Source of the DNA: a virus | Lineage: Duplodnaviria; Caudoviricetes | IMG/VR virus record: IMGVR_UViG_3300036828_000332 | Coordinates: 1 to 52,037 of that record | Direction: 5' to 3' (one strand) | DNA length: 52,037 nt | Part shown: one piece after another, positions 7,998 through 16,753 of the stretch | Layout of the letters: each line of letters begins with the position of its first letter | Position numbering within the stretch: the first letter of the stretch is position 1 | Made by a program: the position numbers and the translations under genes | Notes under the pieces: generated by a model | What the model saw: the letters and a program-made list of their open reading frames with translations, nothing else | What the model was told of the DNA's origin: nothing | Database searches by the model: none

Positions 7998-8197
7998 TTC
8001 CCTTTCTCCAGCCGTTCCATCCGTTGCTCATGGATCTCAGCAATGTGGAGCAACCGCGCCATGCCTTCCATGATCTGGTCGATTTGCGTGCCCTGCTTCC
8101 GAAACTGTTCGCGGTTCTCTATCACCATCAACTCTACGGTTTGCGTTAGCGCCTCATGCCGCTCGATCAGTTTTTCCAGCCGCTCATCAATGGTCAT
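7994..8197 (-). CDS. Small coiled-coil protein (MTIDERLE...)
   Basis: Heptad pattern; coupled overlaps on both sides. Confidence 0.75.
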   Translation of the reverse strand: MTIDERLEKLIERHEALTQTVELMVIENREQFRKQGTQIDQIMEGMARLLHIAEIHEQRMERLEKGK

Positions 8198-8394
8198 CGC
8201 GCAACCGCCTTTGCCTTGTACGGGCGTCCCACCTTGCGGATCTTGAGCGCCTTCAAGTCTTTCTCGGCGATCCTGTATACCTCCCGCGCGCCCCAGGCTA
8301 CCCGGTCGGTCTTCAGCCGCCCCGCGCGGATCAAGGCATATACCCACCAGCGCGAAACCCCTAAGCGCTCCGCTGCCTGATCTACGGTCATCAT
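8194..8394 (-). CDS. Excisionase-like HTH protein
   Basis: MTVDQAAERLGVSRWWVYALIRAGRL, Xis/HTH_17 pattern. Confidence 0.85.
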   Translation of the reverse strand: MMTVDQAAERLGVSRWWVYALIRAGRLKTDRVAWGAREVYRIAEKDLKALKIRKVGRPYKAKAVAR

Positions 8395-8582
8395 GCGCGA
8401 CCTCCCTTCGCCGTAAGCACTACTTTTAACCGCATCGTCTGGGGAGTCGCGCCGAATACCTTCAGGTACGCGCGGCAGTCGTCGCACGTCGTCGGGTATT
8501 CTTCACTTGATCCAAGTGTCTGGCACCCGCACATCTTGCACGGTCCAGTTGGCACGCTTGCTATATCCCAGAGTGCGCTCAT
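8391..8582 (-). CDS. Small Zn-finger protein
   Basis: CKMC...CDDC; coupled overlaps. Confidence 0.65.
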   Translation of the reverse strand: MSALWDIASVPTGPCKMCGCQTLGSSEEYPTTCDDCRAYLKVFGATPQTMRLKVVLTAKGGRA

Positions 8583-8821
8583 GAGCGCCCTCCCTTCCCG
8601 TTGGTGTGTTCCCGGGTAATCGCGCGAATGAGACCGTCAAGGTTCTCCTCGATCCGCTTCATGCGGGCATCGGCGGCATCGACGTACTTATCGACCGTGA
8701 CCGCCAAATGTCCTATGGCCTCCTGCGTCTGAAGCTGGGCCGCTGCCAGCTTGATGAGCGTATCCTGTGTGGTCAGTTGTTTTTCGAGTAACAGCCTGAC
8801 CATCGATTCCATTGATTCCAT
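8579..8821 (-). CDS. Small coiled-coil protein
   Basis: Heptad pattern resembling 7994-8197; AGGA RBS. Confidence 0.75.
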   Translation of the reverse strand: MESMESMVRLLLEKQLTTQDTLIKLAAAQLQTQEAIGHLAVTVDKYVDAADARMKRIEENLDGLIRAITREHTNGKGGRS

Positions 8822-8897
8822 TTCCTAAGTCCTTTGTTTGTTTTGTCTTATGGCTAATAGCCACATAACAATTATACAACACAAAGATTCGGTCGTT
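8822..8897 (-). promoter_or_regulatory. Leftward promoter/leader upstream of the xis-int cluster
   Basis: TATAAT at 8871-8876, small hairpin TGGCTA-T-TAGCCA, AC-rich leader; no good -35. Confidence 0.55.
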
Positions 8898-9110
8898 TCA
8901 GATCGGTATTCCCTTCTCCATGGCCCTTCGGCAGTGTTCGATAAAGGCCTCGATATCGGTGGGCAGGAAGCGAACAGAGCGCCCGAGCTTCACCGAGGGC
9001 AGAACCGGCTTACGCTTCCCTTCGGCGTGCGCCAGGACCCAGGCGATAGAGACGTTGAGCCGGTCCGCCACTTGGCGCGCGTTGAGGAGCGCTGCGGAAG
9101 ACTCCCTCAT
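8898..9110 (-). CDS. Second excisionase-like HTH protein
   Basis: LLNARQVADRLNVS...LPSVKLGRSVRF...DIEAFI. Confidence 0.85.
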   Translation of the reverse strand: MRESSAALLNARQVADRLNVSIAWVLAHAEGKRKPVLPSVKLGRSVRFLPTDIEAFIEHCRRAMEKGIPI

Positions 9111-9388
9111 GCCGGATCTCCCCAATCGAATTCTATGGTGTAGGCTGTCAGCGGGCGGTTCGGCTGGCCATCCGGTCTGGGGCCTGCTGTCGATTCCATG
9201 CGATAGAACTGGATGGCCTCTTCGAGCGTCGGGAATTGGCGCGCCAGATCCCGGCGCTCGGTGGCAATTACATGCACGAATCTCTTGTCGCCATCCGCAA
9301 TCGGAGTCGGATCGTAATCCACAACGTAGAGGCCGTCAAGCTCCGTGGGCTCGCCGCTGTGCAGGCCGATGAGGCGCAGGGTGATCAT
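9107..9388 (-). CDS. Hypothetical protein
   Basis: Operon position; C-terminal RPDGQPNRPLTAY. Confidence 0.7.
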   Translation of the reverse strand: MITLRLIGLHSGEPTELDGLYVVDYDPTPIADGDKRFVHVIATERRDLARQFPTLEEAIQFYRMESTAGPRPDGQPNRPLTAYTIEFDWGDPA

Positions 9389-9401
9389 GTAAACCAATCT
9401 T

Positions 9402-10277
9402 TTAAGCCGCGCGCCTGCTCAACAACTTTAAGTACCGAGCCCACGCCTTTCTTGCAGCGTTGCGGTAACTAGACTGTTTTACCTTTGGCCTCTGGCTCCA
9501 CTCTTTTAGTTTGCTCGACAGCTCACGCGTATCGTCGTTTGGGTCTGGATTGCTCTCGTTCAAAACCTCACCCCAAAAGCCAGACGCCGCCTCGGCATCT
9601 GTTGACCACGCAGACAACATTTCCGCAACTACACTCGGCTTGCCGATCATCCAGACATGTTTGACAGGTTTCCGCCCTGCGTGTTTTGAGGAAACGTTAC
9701 TGATGGCATCCAACCAAAGAGCAAACTCCCGATTTGAGCCTTCCTGAAAATACAGCCCGTGATCCCTGGCGACGAACAGTATCGTTCGGTCATCCCCCTC
9801 CTCCCGCTGAAGGTCTCGACGAAAGTAGTCGATCCCCTTGGCTACCTTGCCGAGAAAGGCGGGGGCCAGACCGGCCAACTCTTTGTAGTCAGCCACGTAC
9901 ACACCAATCTTGTCGGTGTTGGTTCTTGCCGCCATGGGGTTGTCGAATAGATCGAATAGTATCGCCGCATCGTCCATGGATGTCAGCGAGTACCTATTGA
10001 TCGTCACACCCAAGTTTTTCGGAAAGGCACCCGCATCACAACCGGCCAGAACTGTAGAAGTGTGCTGGCCGTCCGCGCGCCACTCTCCCTCCTGGCCGTC
10101 GATGATAGCCATCGACCAACATGGTGAATTAAAGCCTTCTTTCTTTAAGCGGTTCCTGAAGAAGGCCAACCTTGACTCTTTAAGTAGACGCTCCCCCGGA
10201 AGGGGGCGCATCGTTGCCACTTTCTGCGCCAGTTCCGGGGTAAGTGGAACAAGTTCCGAGCTGATCTTTCGTACCAT
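9402..10277 (-). CDS. ParB-like (DGQH-motif) domain protein
   Basis: LTPELA...ADGQHT motif; GGAG RBS. Confidence 0.7.
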   Translation of the reverse strand: MVRKISSELVPLTPELAQKVATMRPLPGERLLKESRLAFFRNRLKKEGFNSPCWSMAIIDGQEGEWRADGQHTSTVLAGCDAGAFPKNLGVTINRYSLTSMDDAAILFDLFDNPMAARTNTDKIGVYVADYKELAGLAPAFLGKVAKGIDYFRRDLQREEGDDRTILFVARDHGLYFQEGSNREFALWLDAISNVSSKHAGRKPVKHVWMIGKPSVVAEMLSAWSTDAEAASGFWGEVLNESNPDPNDDTRELSSKLKEWSQRPKVKQSSYRNAARKAWARYLKLLSRRAA

Positions 10278-10779
10278 TGTTTTCTCCTGCGCTATTGCGC
10301 GATGTTAAGGCGACTTCCCGCCCATTGGCGGATTGGCCTGGGTTAATAGAGTTGAGTTCGTCTTCGATCCAATCGATCAATCGGCAAAGCTCAAGGGTGA
10401 TAACGTTTTCGGGTGTCCATCTCAGACGGCTTTTTCTTTCGTAGTTTGCCTCCTCTCGACGCCGCTTGATCTCGGCGCGCAACGTCTTATAGAAATCAAC
10501 ATGGGACTGTCCACCAAGATGGGCGTGTCGAGTATGCCAGTCGCAAATATTTCGGAGTTCGCGGTCGATTGTGAATGTAAACTTAGCGCTTCCGACGTTC
10601 TGGATGTCAAGCCACGGGATGGCCGCAGCACGCCTCAAGATCGTATTAGCCACGCAAACAGCAGTCCCTGTTGCTGCCAATTTATCCACCGTTTGAATTA
10701 GGTCCTGTACCGCGCCGTGCCGTCGTGTATTTCCGGCCCTAGAAGCCTCCGCGCTGCTGCCTTTCTTCCGCCCCTTCAT
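10180..10779 (-). CDS. Hypothetical protein
   Basis: ATGA-coupled start MKGRKK; the tail overlaps the next gene by ~100 bp. Confidence 0.55.
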   Translation of the reverse strand: MKGRKKGSSAEASRAGNTRRHGAVQDLIQTVDKLAATGTAVCVANTILRRAAAIPWLDIQNVGSAKFTFTIDRELRNICDWHTRHAHLGGQSHVDFYKTLRAEIKRRREEANYERKSRLRWTPENVITLELCRLIDWIEDELNSINPGQSANGREVALTSRNSAGENNGTKDQLGTCSTYPGTGAESGNDAPPSGGAST

Positions 10780-11237
10780 AGACCTCCTCCCGGCGGCAGC
10801 CCGAGTGCCTGGTGCCCCGCTTCGAGCGCTTCGAACATGGTCTTCCCCGGCGCGTATTCGATATAAGGCATGAAGACCTCGACGGCCTGGACCATGCCGA
10901 CATCGATCAGCGCGCACTGCGCCTGAACCCAGCGCAGCAATTGACGCCATGCTACGCGGCGGGCTTTTTCGCGCAGCCGGGCTTTCTCGTTGGAATCGAC
11001 ATAAGTGGTGCGCCGTTTCAGTAGCAGTTGATAAACCGGCTCGACACGGGTGGGCATCACAAACAACGTGTCGCGCCCATTCAGCCGCATGGACCAGCGC
11101 AGGCCGGTGATTTCGCCGCCCTCATAATCGGTCGCAATTTGTGTAGCGCCCGCCTGAATCAGACACGCCGAAATCTCCGCCCCGGTCTTGGCCGGGCTGA
11201 TCTCGGTCGATTCCATGAATAGAGTTTTGCTTGGCAT
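10776..11237 (-). CDS. Conserved phage hypothetical protein
   Basis: RVAWRQLLRWVQAQ...EVFMPY motif; GAGGGA RBS. Confidence 0.8.
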   Translation of the reverse strand: MPSKTLFMESTEISPAKTGAEISACLIQAGATQIATDYEGGEITGLRWSMRLNGRDTLFVMPTRVEPVYQLLLKRRTTYVDSNEKARLREKARRVAWRQLLRWVQAQCALIDVGMVQAVEVFMPYIEYAPGKTMFEALEAGHQALGLPPGGGL

Positions 11238-11246
11238 CAGTCCCTC

Positions 11247-11281
11247 AAAAAAGAAAGCGGCAAGCCACGCGGGCCTGCCGC
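11247..11281 (-). terminator. Rho-independent terminator
   Basis: GCGGCAGGCC-CGCGT-GGCTTGCCGC followed by TTTCTTTTTT. Confidence 0.8.
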
Positions 11282-11297
11282 CAGCCTCGACTACTTC

Positions 11298-11975
11298 TTA
11301 CTTGTGATGCGTAACCCCCGGAGGAGGCGGCTCCACCGGAACCCAGACCCAAAGCCAGCCGCTAATCTGCGGAAAGTAGGCCAACGCCCAAAAACCGGGG
11401 CTCATGCCGCCGGCCTCACTTGGCGGCAGGTTGATGGGATTCTCAATCGATCCGGTCTCACCACCCGGAGGCGGTCCCGGAGGCTCCGGCCAGATGTTCG
11501 GCGGAATCGGATGCTCGACGTGCGGCGGCGGCAGGATCACCCCGCCCGCAGGCGGATTGGGCCACACTGACGGCGGAATCGGATGCGAGACGGACGGAGG
11601 TGGTCCTCCCGGAGCGATAGGGTGTGCGGGGAAACCGGGACCCTGCGACGGCCCAGGCGGATAGTAGATCGGGTGCGATGGATATCCCGGACTTGGCCAG
11701 ATGCCAGGGCCACCACCACCCGGAGGATTGGGCCATACGCCCGGCGGGATGGGATGCGACGGATATGGGGGGGGCCCACCCGGTGCTACCGGATGCGTCG
11801 GGTATCCCGGCGACGGTGTGCCACCCCAAGTTGGCGGTTGCCAAGGTGCGCCATAACCGGGATCGACGGGGCTGTAAATCGGGTGTGTGGGCGCGCCGAC
11901 ACTTCCCGGAGGGATTTCGATGGGATGCGCTGGCTGCCTCGCGGGGACCAGCCAGACAAGGATAGGTGATGTCAT
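11298..11975 (-). CDS. Proline/glycine-rich repeat protein (xHPI repeats)
   Basis: AAGGAG RBS, own terminator, about 8 HP(I/V) repeats. Confidence 0.8.
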   Translation of the reverse strand: MTSPILVWLVPARQPAHPIEIPPGSVGAPTHPIYSPVDPGYGAPWQPPTWGGTPSPGYPTHPVAPGGPPPYPSHPIPPGVWPNPPGGGGPGIWPSPGYPSHPIYYPPGPSQGPGFPAHPIAPGGPPPSVSHPIPPSVWPNPPAGGVILPPPHVEHPIPPNIWPEPPGPPPGGETGSIENPINLPPSEAGGMSPGFWALAYFPQISGWLWVWVPVEPPPPGVTHHK

Positions 11976-11998
11976 CGTTTATTACTCCTTTTTGGAAC

Positions 11999-12205
11999 TT
12001 ACTCAGTGAGGGACTCACTGCCCTCTAGTGTGCTGCTGCTTTGTGTCAGGTTCATTTCGGCGCGCCCGATTACGACGCTGAAAATCTTGTGAAGCCGCGT
12101 TTTCATGCGCTCATCATGGGCCGTCTCGGCGGCCAGGGTCGCATAGCCCACGGCCACCACCAGTTCGGTGTAATCGCTGCCATCGAGCTTCAGCGTGACG
12201 GTCAT
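11999..12205 (-). CDS. Hypothetical protein
   Basis: ATGA-coupled start MTVTLKLDG. Confidence 0.6.
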   Translation of the reverse strand: MTVTLKLDGSDYTELVVAVGYATLAAETAHDERMKTRLHKIFSVVIGRAEMNLTQSSSTLEGSESLTE

Positions 12206-12357
12206 ACATCCGGTTCCGCCACATGCAGGAAATCTTCGATCGTCTGCTGAATGTCCGCCGCCAGCTCCCTCACCGTCGCAGGATCCACGACGCCCGCATC
12301 GTCGCAAAAGTACTCGGCCAATTCGTAACACTTTGAATCGAAGGTCTTCGAGCCCAT
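12202..12357 (-). CDS. Small hypothetical protein (51 aa, below the ORF-track cutoff)
   Basis: MGSKTFDSKCYELAEYF...LAADIQQTIEDFL; GGAGG RBS; fills the gap exactly. Confidence 0.7.
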   Translation of the reverse strand: MGSKTFDSKCYELAEYFCDDAGVVDPATVRELAADIQQTIEDFLHVAEPDV

Positions 12358-12798
12358 CTAATTGACCTCCTTCGGTGGACGTCCGCGCCGCTTCGCAAAG
12401 GGCTGCGCTTCTTCGTCGGGCGGCAAGACCCCCGTCTCGGTAAAGGCGAACGTCTCCTGCAGCTCGTCTGCCGTCATCGCCTCTTCCCGCACGGCTTCGT
12501 GCGTGTCCATGCGGATATACGACTTCATGCCGCGCCGGGGCACATCGAAGGTGATCACGCATTCGGCATCGCGCATTTCGTAACCCTGGTTGATCTTGTC
12601 GGTAGTGGCGGCCACGCGCCCATTGGCTTCCTCGATCCGCGCCGCAAGCGCGCTGGAGACTTCTTTCTTTTGCGCCCGGAGAGAGAAGACCTCTTGCGCC
12701 TCGCGCGCCAGCGATTCACCCAGAACGCGCTTCTCCTCATTTGTGAACGTGTACTTCACCTGTTCAAGAACTACCTTCGGCTGCTTTGAGTCCGGCAT
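12358..12798 (-). CDS. Hypothetical protein
   Basis: 146 aa, TAATG-coupled to the upstream gene. Confidence 0.8.
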   Translation of the reverse strand: MPDSKQPKVVLEQVKYTFTNEEKRVLGESLAREAQEVFSLRAQKKEVSSALAARIEEANGRVAATTDKINQGYEMRDAECVITFDVPRRGMKSYIRMDTHEAVREEAMTADELQETFAFTETGVLPPDEEAQPFAKRRGRPPKEVN

Positions 12799-13817
12799 TA
12801 CTTGGTCTCCTTATCGGCTTCGTCCTTCGCAGGTGCTTCGGGGTTCTTGAGGAGATGTTCGCGCAGGCGTTGCCGCTTGGCGGGCTCCAGCGGCTTTGTG
12901 GTCGCCTCCCCTTCGGCGGGTTCGTTCTTCACGCGCATCAGGTCCGGCCATGTGTACTGCCCTTCCTTCAATCCGTTGAAGATCGCCCCGAGGTGTTGCA
13001 GGGATTCGAGGGTGAGCGATTCGAGCGACTGCCCGTCCAGGTAATCCTTCAGCATGGCGGGCGAGATGCCCAGCGAGCCGAACTTATCCAGGATCTTCTT
13101 TTTGGCCGAGTCCGGATCTTTGGCCGACTCATCCGCCACCGTCGCATCGATGGCGGCGCGGGCTTCGTCCAGAATGTCGCGCGGTAAGAGACGCTGGCCG
13201 TTATCCCGAATCAGCTTCGACCGCTCCGCGCCCATCAGGTTCCGGAACTCGTCTTTGGTGGCTTCGAGCAGATACACCATGTCGCCGTAGGAGTTCTCGC
13301 GCACGCCGCGGGCGGTGCGGCCCTTCTTGACCTCCTTACGCTCGATCAGCTTGTCTACCGTGGCGTCGGTCGAATAGGCCACGTTGGTTTCCAGATCCAG
13401 AACCTTCACCGTCAGCAGCGCCCGGTCGCCGTCTTCATAGGTGATCCGGGCCGTGCTGTGAACGTTGCGCCATGCCATCAGGGCCGACTCTATAAAGCGG
13501 ATTGAGAAGTTCACGGCGAAGGCGTCGCGCCACTGCCCGGTGGCCGGATCCTTCTCGCGTCCCACCGGGCGGTGATAGAGCGCTGTGTCGGCAAAACCCG
13601 GTCTCCGGCAGTCCTTCAGGATGCGCTGCCGAAAGGTGTCGATATCGCGCGGGTTCTTGTAGGCCACCACGTAACTGGCTTCGATCTCCGCTTTCGCTGC
13701 CGCCGCTGCGGCGGTCGGGGCCATATCGCCAGAGACCGAGATCTCTTGCGCCAGCGTTGTGTCGCGCACCGTGACCGAACTGCCGGCCGCCTGCGTGGGC
13801 ATCATTTCATCCTTCAT
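12798..13817 (-). CDS. Putative recombination / single-strand annealing protein
   Basis: Two genes from the YqaJ exonuclease; NPRD...SIRFIE motif; function inferred from context. Confidence 0.55.
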   Translation of the reverse strand: MKDEMMPTQAAGSSVTVRDTTLAQEISVSGDMAPTAAAAAAKAEIEASYVVAYKNPRDIDTFRQRILKDCRRPGFADTALYHRPVGREKDPATGQWRDAFAVNFSIRFIESALMAWRNVHSTARITYEDGDRALLTVKVLDLETNVAYSTDATVDKLIERKEVKKGRTARGVRENSYGDMVYLLEATKDEFRNLMGAERSKLIRDNGQRLLPRDILDEARAAIDATVADESAKDPDSAKKKILDKFGSLGISPAMLKDYLDGQSLESLTLESLQHLGAIFNGLKEGQYTWPDLMRVKNEPAEGEATTKPLEPAKRQRLREHLLKNPEAPAKDEADKETK

Positions 13818-14103
13818 TGGTGGGGATCTCCTTCACTTTCTTGAATAGTTTCGACTTCGGGCAGGTGATGAAATGGTTCGTGCCGTCCGCATCGTAGGGC
13901 GCGAGCTTGCCATTGCGATGCCGCACCCAGTAGATCGTGGCGGGACATCCCTTGCATGTGGAAGCCTCACCGATCAGGTGCATCACGGAGGCGACGGCCT
14001 TCAATATTCGCTGGTGTTCTTCCATTAACTTGTGATGCACTTCGACGAGGCGGCGGCGCTGCCGTTCCAGCTCTTCGATATCTCCGGTGGGGCTCATCAT
14101 CAT
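13807..14103 (-). CDS. Zn-binding hypothetical protein
   Basis: CKGC..IYW...HFITCP motif. Confidence 0.75.
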   Translation of the reverse strand: MMMSPTGDIEELERQRRRLVEVHHKLMEEHQRILKAVASVMHLIGEASTCKGCPATIYWVRHRNGKLAPYDADGTNHFITCPKSKLFKKVKEIPTNEG

Positions 14104-15254
14104 GCCCTCGACTCCTTCGCTTCCATTTCCGCCAATACTTCGCGCACCGATTTCATGGGCGCCAGCGGCTTATCGCTCTCGCTGGCGGGTTCCAGTTCAA
14201 TCAATTGCTGCTGCGCCGGAGCCTCGTGCGCTGGCATCACCGCCGCGATCCGCGCCTGTTCCTCCATAAGCTCCGCAGACCCCGCGGCCGACAATACCGG
14301 CGGCAGCAGACTGGCATCGCAGTCCCAGAGGAAACGCCGCGATCCGGGTTCAACCTTTGAGAACTCATCAATGAGAATCTTGCGCTCCGCTGGCGTGGCC
14401 GACAGCATCAGCGTATTCGCCAAGCGCTTCCAGTCGGTTTTCAAGCTGTCCTTCGAGGCGCGGTAGGTAACCCGGCCCGCAGGCCACGTGATCCCTGCGG
14501 CGTCTCCCAGAACCAGCTTGATGCGCGTTGCGAGCCTCTCCCGCACCGCGTTCAGTTCCTCCTCGCGTAAACGCACGCGCGAATACTCGTCGAGCAAGAA
14601 CGCTTCCGTTTCCGACGCCTCCCGCAGCGGCGTGCGGTGCTTCGGAAACATCTGCTTGAGCCAGCGGTCGGCTGCATCGCTGCTGCCGATGGGTGGTCGT
14701 TCGTCGCCGATCAGATAGCGCCGGTAAAACTCCTGCGCGCGGAAGAGCATCTCGCGTTCGGCCTCAGGATCCCGGTCGATCTGATAGATACGCACGTCCT
14801 GGCCACCCACCAGCGCGCAAACGTCCCACACCTCATAACCCAAAGCCGCCATATACCACCAACACTGCGTGATGACGCGCGGTGGAATGTCGTCTGCCGT
14901 TTCGCCCCACTTATGGCGCTGGTCCCAGCGCACCACCTTGAGATCCACGCCGCGCGGCTCGTGCTTGCAAATACCATCCGGCGTGTACACCATCCAGGGC
15001 CGCTCAGGATGCATCCGGGAATCATTGCAGTACTGCGTCTCGCGCCCGGTAATGTGCTCGTAGATGCGCAGCACGCCTTCTTCGAGCATTCGGCCCAGGA
15101 CCATGTAGAGGGGCGCGTCTTTGTCCGCGATGCGTTTCAGGCCGCCGCGCTTCGATGCCCACACGGCAAACGCATCAGTGTCCGGATCGACGCCCAGGAC
15201 GGCCCCGATCTCAGAGCCGCCGATGGCCAACTTCCTCAACGCTTCGTTCAACAT
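14100..15254 (-). CDS. YqaJ-like viral recombinase exonuclease
   Basis: IGGSEIGAVLG, GRMLE, YTPDG, DLK and QCWWYM motifs. Confidence 0.92.
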   Translation of the reverse strand: MLNEALRKLAIGGSEIGAVLGVDPDTDAFAVWASKRGGLKRIADKDAPLYMVLGRMLEEGVLRIYEHITGRETQYCNDSRMHPERPWMVYTPDGICKHEPRGVDLKVVRWDQRHKWGETADDIPPRVITQCWWYMAALGYEVWDVCALVGGQDVRIYQIDRDPEAEREMLFRAQEFYRRYLIGDERPPIGSSDAADRWLKQMFPKHRTPLREASETEAFLLDEYSRVRLREEELNAVRERLATRIKLVLGDAAGITWPAGRVTYRASKDSLKTDWKRLANTLMLSATPAERKILIDEFSKVEPGSRRFLWDCDASLLPPVLSAAGSAELMEEQARIAAVMPAHEAPAQQQLIELEPASESDKPLAPMKSVREVLAEMEAKESRA

Positions 15255-15262
15255 ACTCTGCC

Positions 15263-15430
15263 TCAGTCCCTTTCTGCCTCCAGCGCCTTGACATAGAGCG
15301 GCGCGCAGACGTCGCATAGCCAGTAGACATCCACGAACTGCCGCCCTGGCTGGTTGTGGCAGCAATCGCATAAGTGCACGCGCGGGCACGCAAGCGCAGT
15401 CAGTCCCGCGCCCGGTAGGGGCGTCATCAT
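15263..15430 (-). CDS. Small Cys-rich protein (55 aa, below the track cutoff)
   Basis: CDCC...WLCDVC; fills the operon gap. Confidence 0.5.
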   Translation of the reverse strand: MMTPLPGAGLTALACPRVHLCDCCHNQPGRQFVDVYWLCDVCAPLYVKALEAERD

Positions 15431-15463
15431 CTCAAGATCTACCTTTGATTGTTTCGCGCGAAT

Positions 15464-15676
15464 CTAACCGGCGCGCCGTCTCTTTGCTGGCGCATCCGAG
15501 ACGATCGGCACGCTGTCCAGATGCGGCGAAGGCAAATTCCGCATCAGCAACTCGTTGATCACGCGGCTAAAAGAACAATACCCGAACTCCGCTTCGGCGC
15601 GAACGGCACAATAAGTTTTTAGCTTCTGGTGCGCTTCACGCGAAACGATAATACCCAGGCGAATACGGTCCAACAT
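15464..15676 (-). CDS. Putative small DNA-binding protein (RHH-like, Cro position)
   Basis: Beta-strand RLGIIVS followed by two helices; first gene after a strong promoter. Confidence 0.5.
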   Translation of the reverse strand: MLDRIRLGIIVSREAHQKLKTYCAVRAEAEFGYCSFSRVINELLMRNLPSPHLDSVPIVSDAPAKRRRAG

Positions 15677-15796
15677 AAAACAAGCCTTTCCCGCTGCGAC
15701 CGTCATCCCCTACGGGCGCGTGCATTCACGCTTTAGAAGTTCTGGAAACTGTCGATTGCGAAATCGTTTTTGTCCGCTCACGATTTCATGCTTCCG

Positions 15797-15825
15797 TTTA
15801 TATGCCCATTCCCAAAGCGCGTCAA
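15797..15825 (-). promoter_or_regulatory. Sigma70-type leftward early promoter
   Basis: TTGACG-17 bp-TATAAA. Confidence 0.75.
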
Positions 15826-16136
15826 GAGGCAGAATATCGTTGGTCAGGTGTTTATTCACTGCCTCATATATAGAATTACTTACAATGTAACAGCGGATCA
15901 ATGTAGACGATAGCAGCGACCTTAAATCACTCGAAATCGGAACCCCAATAAAAGCGCATAGTTGAGTTGATAGACAGGGTTTTCGATAATACTTTCCGGC
16001 GTGCGCGATGTGTGTCTTTAGAACGGGATAAAAGGACCCAAAAATATTTTGGGCGGTCCACTGTCCGGTGTCGCCACTCCGTGGCGAGAGACACAGCGAT
16101 AATGATGACTGTCGTTAAACCGTAACGCGCGGTACT

Positions 16137-16415
16137 ATGCATCCATGCAGGGTGCTTTCATGCGGTCTCCATGCCCAGAATCTAAGGCTGGAACGCTTGC
16201 CCACTCTCACCCAAATCGTAGGCGCCAATATCCGCCGCATCAGAAAGCAGAAAAAAATCAGGCAGGAGGATCTGGCGGAATTGGCGGGGTTGGACAAAAC
16301 CACCATGTACCGGATCGAGAACGGCCTTCGCAAGTCCATCGCACTGGTTTCCCTGGAACGCATCGCCAGCGCCCTGGGCGTCAGCGTGGCCAAGTTACTG
16401 AAAGACGGCCGGTAA
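16137..16415 (+). CDS. XRE-family HTH repressor (start uncertain, possibly near 16197)
   Basis: GANIRRIRKQKKIRQEDLAELAGL...IENG...ALGV; divergent from the early operon. Confidence 0.88.
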   Translation: MHPCRVLSCGLHAQNLRLERLPTLTQIVGANIRRIRKQKKIRQEDLAELAGLDKTTMYRIENGLRKSIALVSLERIASALGVSVAKLLKDGR

Positions 16416-16446
16416 AACCGGCCCTCATTCGGGGTGAAGGGCAACC

Positions 16447-16734
16447 CTAGATCACTTTATTCACCACGCGTTCCACGGCATCGTGCAGAGCGGGATCCGT
16501 GATGGCTGTTCCATCGGTCTGCACCTGATCGTCCATGACGACCGGATGCTGCAACTGGCCGGCCACCGCATCCGGGCTCTGATAGCAAAGCTGCGCCCAC
16601 TTATAACGTGAGTTGTGCGCCTGCGTATCCGGGGGTTCGGTTATATAGTAGTTGGCGATTTCGAGCGCAGCCACTTTCACGCGGCTGCGGAACTCGGGAT
16701 CGCTCATGAGGGCCGCGGATTCGTTGTAAGTCAT
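16447..16734 (-). CDS. Tail-fibre-associated small protein
   Basis: GGGAG RBS; directly after the fibre gene. Confidence 0.7.
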   Translation of the reverse strand: MTYNESAALMSDPEFRSRVKVAALEIANYYITEPPDTQAHNSRYKWAQLCYQSPDAVAGQLQHPVVMDDQVQTDGTAITDPALHDAVERVVNKVI

Positions 16735-16753
16735 TCGTTCGATTCTCCCTGAT

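Noticed and set aside
9402-10277. Plasmid-prophage partition system
   Set aside because: No ParA or ParM ATPase is present, and integrase plus attP indicate an integrating lifestyle
11239-12015. 9-bp inverted repeat (AGTCCCTCA/TGAGGGACT) around the Pro-rich gene
   Set aside because: Short enough to arise by chance; one copy is just the RBS of the downstream gene
15710-16142. Short ORFs in the repressor intergenic region
   Set aside because: AT-rich promoter region, with no RBS or recognisable motifs
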